Below, one piece after another: positions 60,708 through 64,000 of a stretch of DNA of 64,000 bases. This DNA is from the human T2T-CHM13v2.0 reference genome, Homo sapiens, in NCBI RefSeq assembly GCF_009914755.1, contig NC_060948.1; one strand, written 5' to 3'. Made by a program: the position numbers and the translations under genes. Positions within the stretch are counted from its first letter, which is position 1. Each line of letters begins with the position of its first letter. The notes below the pieces were generated by a model. The model was not told the origin of the DNA, searched no databases, and saw only the letters and a program-made list of their open reading frames with translations.

Positions 60708-61439
60708 GTACCCTTCCCAATGATAACAGAAAGTTTTTCTGTTCCAATGCAAAGTTTTTCTGCCTTTCGATTCCAATGCCAAAATATGCAGAAAATATGC
60801 ATTTTTTGGTTTCAGTAGGAATTTTGTTTAAATTATTAGACTGGGGACCCAGACATCAGGTCTGCTTATACCACTAAATAAATGGTTAAATAACAGTGAC
60901 CAAGAACTAACATATTTATGACGGATTATACAAGACGGTTAGTGAATTAAGTTTAAGATCTCTTAAAACAATGTATATTATTCATGAAAAAAATCATTAT
61001 AGAATCTTAACGCTTAGTAGCAAACAATTATTTCCAGACTTGATGTAATTAAATGCCCAAAGGCAGAGAAGGAAGAAAAACAGAAGGCAGGAAAAGCTAT
61101 CCAGGTTAAAGTTAAATATTCACCTGTGGGAAAACATGTCAAATAGCTGTCAGTGCATATTTAAGAATTTGTAATAAACATTACGGCAACCTACACATTG
61201 CAAATCTTGATCACACAGTAATTATCTTCCTTCGGACTGTCACAGCACTCGAATGGGGTAAAACATAAAATAGGAGCAGGGCAGTTTATAATCAAGTTAC
61301 CAATTACTGGCCAAGATGAAAGAATGATGGGCTGAACTTGATTAGAAACTGCAGTAAAATAAGTGATACTACTGGAAATGTATGGTTACAGACATTAAAA
61401 TCACCATTTACTGGAAACAAATGGTATAAGTCAACTTAC

Positions 61440-61498
61440 CAATGAAATGCATTGTAGTAGAAGTAGACCAAACCAAGGCCATATAAAAACGCAGCATT
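61440..61498 (-). CDS. UTY: UTY exon 5 (59 nt), NAAFLYGLGLVYFYYNAFH(W); TPR region
   Basis: Acceptor ag at 61499-61500, donor gtaagt; phase 0 to 2. Confidence 0.96.
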
Positions 61499-62198
61499 CT
61501 GTTAATATAAAACACAAAACAACCTTTATAACAGATTTTATATCTATTACTATTACATATATTAATAAGAAGTCACGTAACGAGATGTTTTAAGTTCTGA
61601 ATATTTTACCATATATTACAATATTCTTCTCTACTTTTTCTCAAGTTCTCTCCATTTTGAAAATTGGAATCAATTTGCCATTCAATGTTACAAAAAAGGT
61701 AGTTACCTTTTTTTTTTTAATGCACAGCATCACCCTCTACTAAATGTTAGTACAGATTGTTCATCCCTTATCCAAAATACTTGAGACTAGGTGTTCCAAA
61801 TTTCCAACTTCTCTGGGTTTTAAGTACTTGCGTATACATAGATACCTTGGGGATGGAACCCAAGTTTAAACACAAAATTCATTTGTTTTATATATAGCTT
61901 ATACACATAGCCTGAAGGTAACTGTGTACAAAACGTTTAATAATTTTGAGTATGAAACAAAGTTTTTGTATACTGAACCATCTGAAAGCAAAGGTGTCAC
62001 AATTTCAGCCACGTAAGAGTGCAATCTGTGGTTGTTTGGCATCACCATCTATTCCTAATCAGGAATTTACATATGCCACTGAGAAGCAATCATTTTCTTA
62101 CACTAATTCACACATAAGTGTTTAAAACAGTAAAAAATATGACACAAGATTATACAGAGAGAAACAGTGTCTGGGTAACTGAACAGCATGGTAGCATA

Positions 62199-62525
62199 CA
62201 GTCATGGGCCTTGTTAATGACAGACAACATATATATACAACAGTGGTCCCACAGGACTATAATAATTGATTTTTACTGAGCTTTTCTATGTTTAGATATA
62301 CAAACACCATTGTGTTATAATTAGTTATAGTATTCAGTACAGTAACATGCTACATAGGTTTGTAGCCTATGACCTAGAGGCTACACCATACAGCAAAGCT
62401 GTGTAATAAGCTGCATCATTTGGGTTTCTGTAAGTACACCATATGATGTTGACACAATGATGCAACTGCCTAAAAACAAATTTGTCAGATTGCATTCCTG
62501 TCATTGAGATGTATGAATGTACCTG
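62199..62525 (+). mobile_element. Tigger3a/Golem MITE nested in Tigger4
   Basis: TA-cagtcatg...gtattcagtacagtaacatgct...ggtttgtagccta...ctg-TA. Confidence 0.8.
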
Positions 62526-62629
62526 TATCAGCTGATAAACTGCAACAACAAGAACAACAACAGAACAGCAGGTTTTCAGTCTCCACCTATGATGCTGTAT
62601 TTTGATGAAAAATTTACTGTACACACTGC

Positions 62630-62840
62630 ATTATTTATTTATTTATTATTATTTTTTTGATACGGGTTCTCACTCTGTCACCCAGGCTTGAGTGCTGTGG
62701 CATGACCTAAGCTCACTGCAACCTCTGCCTCCAGGGTTCAAGCAATTATCCTGCCTCAGTCTCCTGAGTACCTAGGACTACAAGCACCCACCACCACACC
62801 ACATTCATATGGGATTACAGGCATAAGCCACCATGCATGG
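62630..62840 (-). mobile_element. Internally deleted Alu nested in Tigger4
   Basis: Alu motifs. Confidence 0.85.
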
Positions 62841-64000
62841 CATGAATGGCTTGTTAAATGTTTCTGCAGAATTATCTGCCTGATTCACAATGGCTTTTGC
62901 CTTGCATATCTCTTTCATTTTATAACCTGACATGATTTCTTGTTATGAATGCCTGCTGTCCTAGTCCTTCAATAAGTCCATCAGGCATTTTCATCACATT
63001 GTCTGTAGGCACCTTCCCTGCAGTCTTAAAAACATCACCTTCATTATCACTACTATCACAATCATCTTAATTCAACCAGACTATTCTGGCTATTTCACAA
63101 TTGTTAAAAGAACAACTAGGGCCTAATTATTAATGTTAAAGTCTTGATATATAATTCTTCTAGCTTTATTTTGTGTATTTAAGGAAGAGCGATGTCATTT
63201 TTTTCTTACTTGACATAGAAAATCCTTCAAAATTACCACCTTGTTTATCGTCATCACTGAACACGGTCACAGAGCATAGCTGTGCCAGACATTAAGACAA
63301 TATCTTTAGTCACTGCATTCCAAATACAGGCAATAGCATATACAGCATCATTCTTCATGCTAACTCCTTCTGAAGACCTGCCACACTCACATCTCTGTTC
63401 ATTCATGCCAGCATGCTATTCATGAAGAATTTTTATATTTAGTCTTTATTGATATAAAGATACCCTGCTCACATGGTTGAATTAATGAAGTCACATTTGG
63501 AGAAAAGGACATGGCAAAAAGATTATTTCTGAGTAAAATTTCAGCTGAAGGATGAGCAGAGCAGATGTCAACCAGTCCAGCTTCCTGCAATGAGTACAAG
63601 CAGCTAGTACAAAATATTTACGAAACCAATCAGAAAAGATGTTGCTGGTAATCCATGCCTTTCTGTTAGTATAATAATGAACTGGTAAGAAATTCACTCC
63701 CTGAACACAGTACACAAGCTTTTGCCTACCACATAAGTTCAGATTTATGCATGCTTGTCACATTAGCACATGTCAGCACAGTTATTTTTAAACCTCTGCA
63801 ACTAGCTTGTTGAATATTCAACCGTTCTCTTCAGTTTTCAGTTTACTGCGATAACAGCCACTTGTTTCATGAACACACTATTATTATGTGGCATGTATTC
63901 AATGCAACACTGACGGATCCCCTCTTTCAATACACAGTCAAAATCTACATTTTTAGCTTTACACAGTGTTTTCCTATTTCTCATTAACTTCAGTTCATCC

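Larger units (their letters stand above)
61753..64000 (-). mobile_element. Tigger4/Zombi DNA transposon with decayed Jerky-like transposase; hosts nested elements
   Basis: TA-cag...atcccttatccaaaat terminus; minus-strand LPVHYYTNRKAWITSNIFSDWF and NVTSLIQPCEQGIF motifs. Confidence 0.82.

Overview
This is AT-rich, repeat-dense human Y-chromosome DNA. It is an internal 64-kb segment of UTY (KDM6C, the Y paralogue of KDM6A/UTX) on the minus strand. I reconstructed 13 GT-AG coding exons by hand, numbered 5-17 by analogy with the 30-exon KDM6A model. They total 1686 nt and splice into one open frame of 562 codons covering the TPR repeats and the start of the disordered linker. The promoter, exons 1-4 and the JmjC exons lie outside the window. 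The introns contain about 40 Alus (including a near-consensus AluYa5 and a FAM monomer), old L1M fragments, MaLR/ERV solo LTRs, pogo-family DNA transposons (Tigger1, Tigger3, Tigger4/Zombi, MER44, MER8) and a piggyBac MER85 MITE. Most ORFs in the supplied track are repeat artefacts. I found no evidence of a new gene system. The best leads are: an NLS-bearing cassette exon inside a run of five phase-0 exons; a possible Tigger1-donated intronic polyA site giving a JmjC-less isoform; diverged direct repeats bracketing exon 10; the MER85 protein-binding palindrome; and Y-haplogroup marker states. Repeat subfamily names, paralogue comparisons and marker details are from memory and need RepeatMasker/BLAT confirmation.
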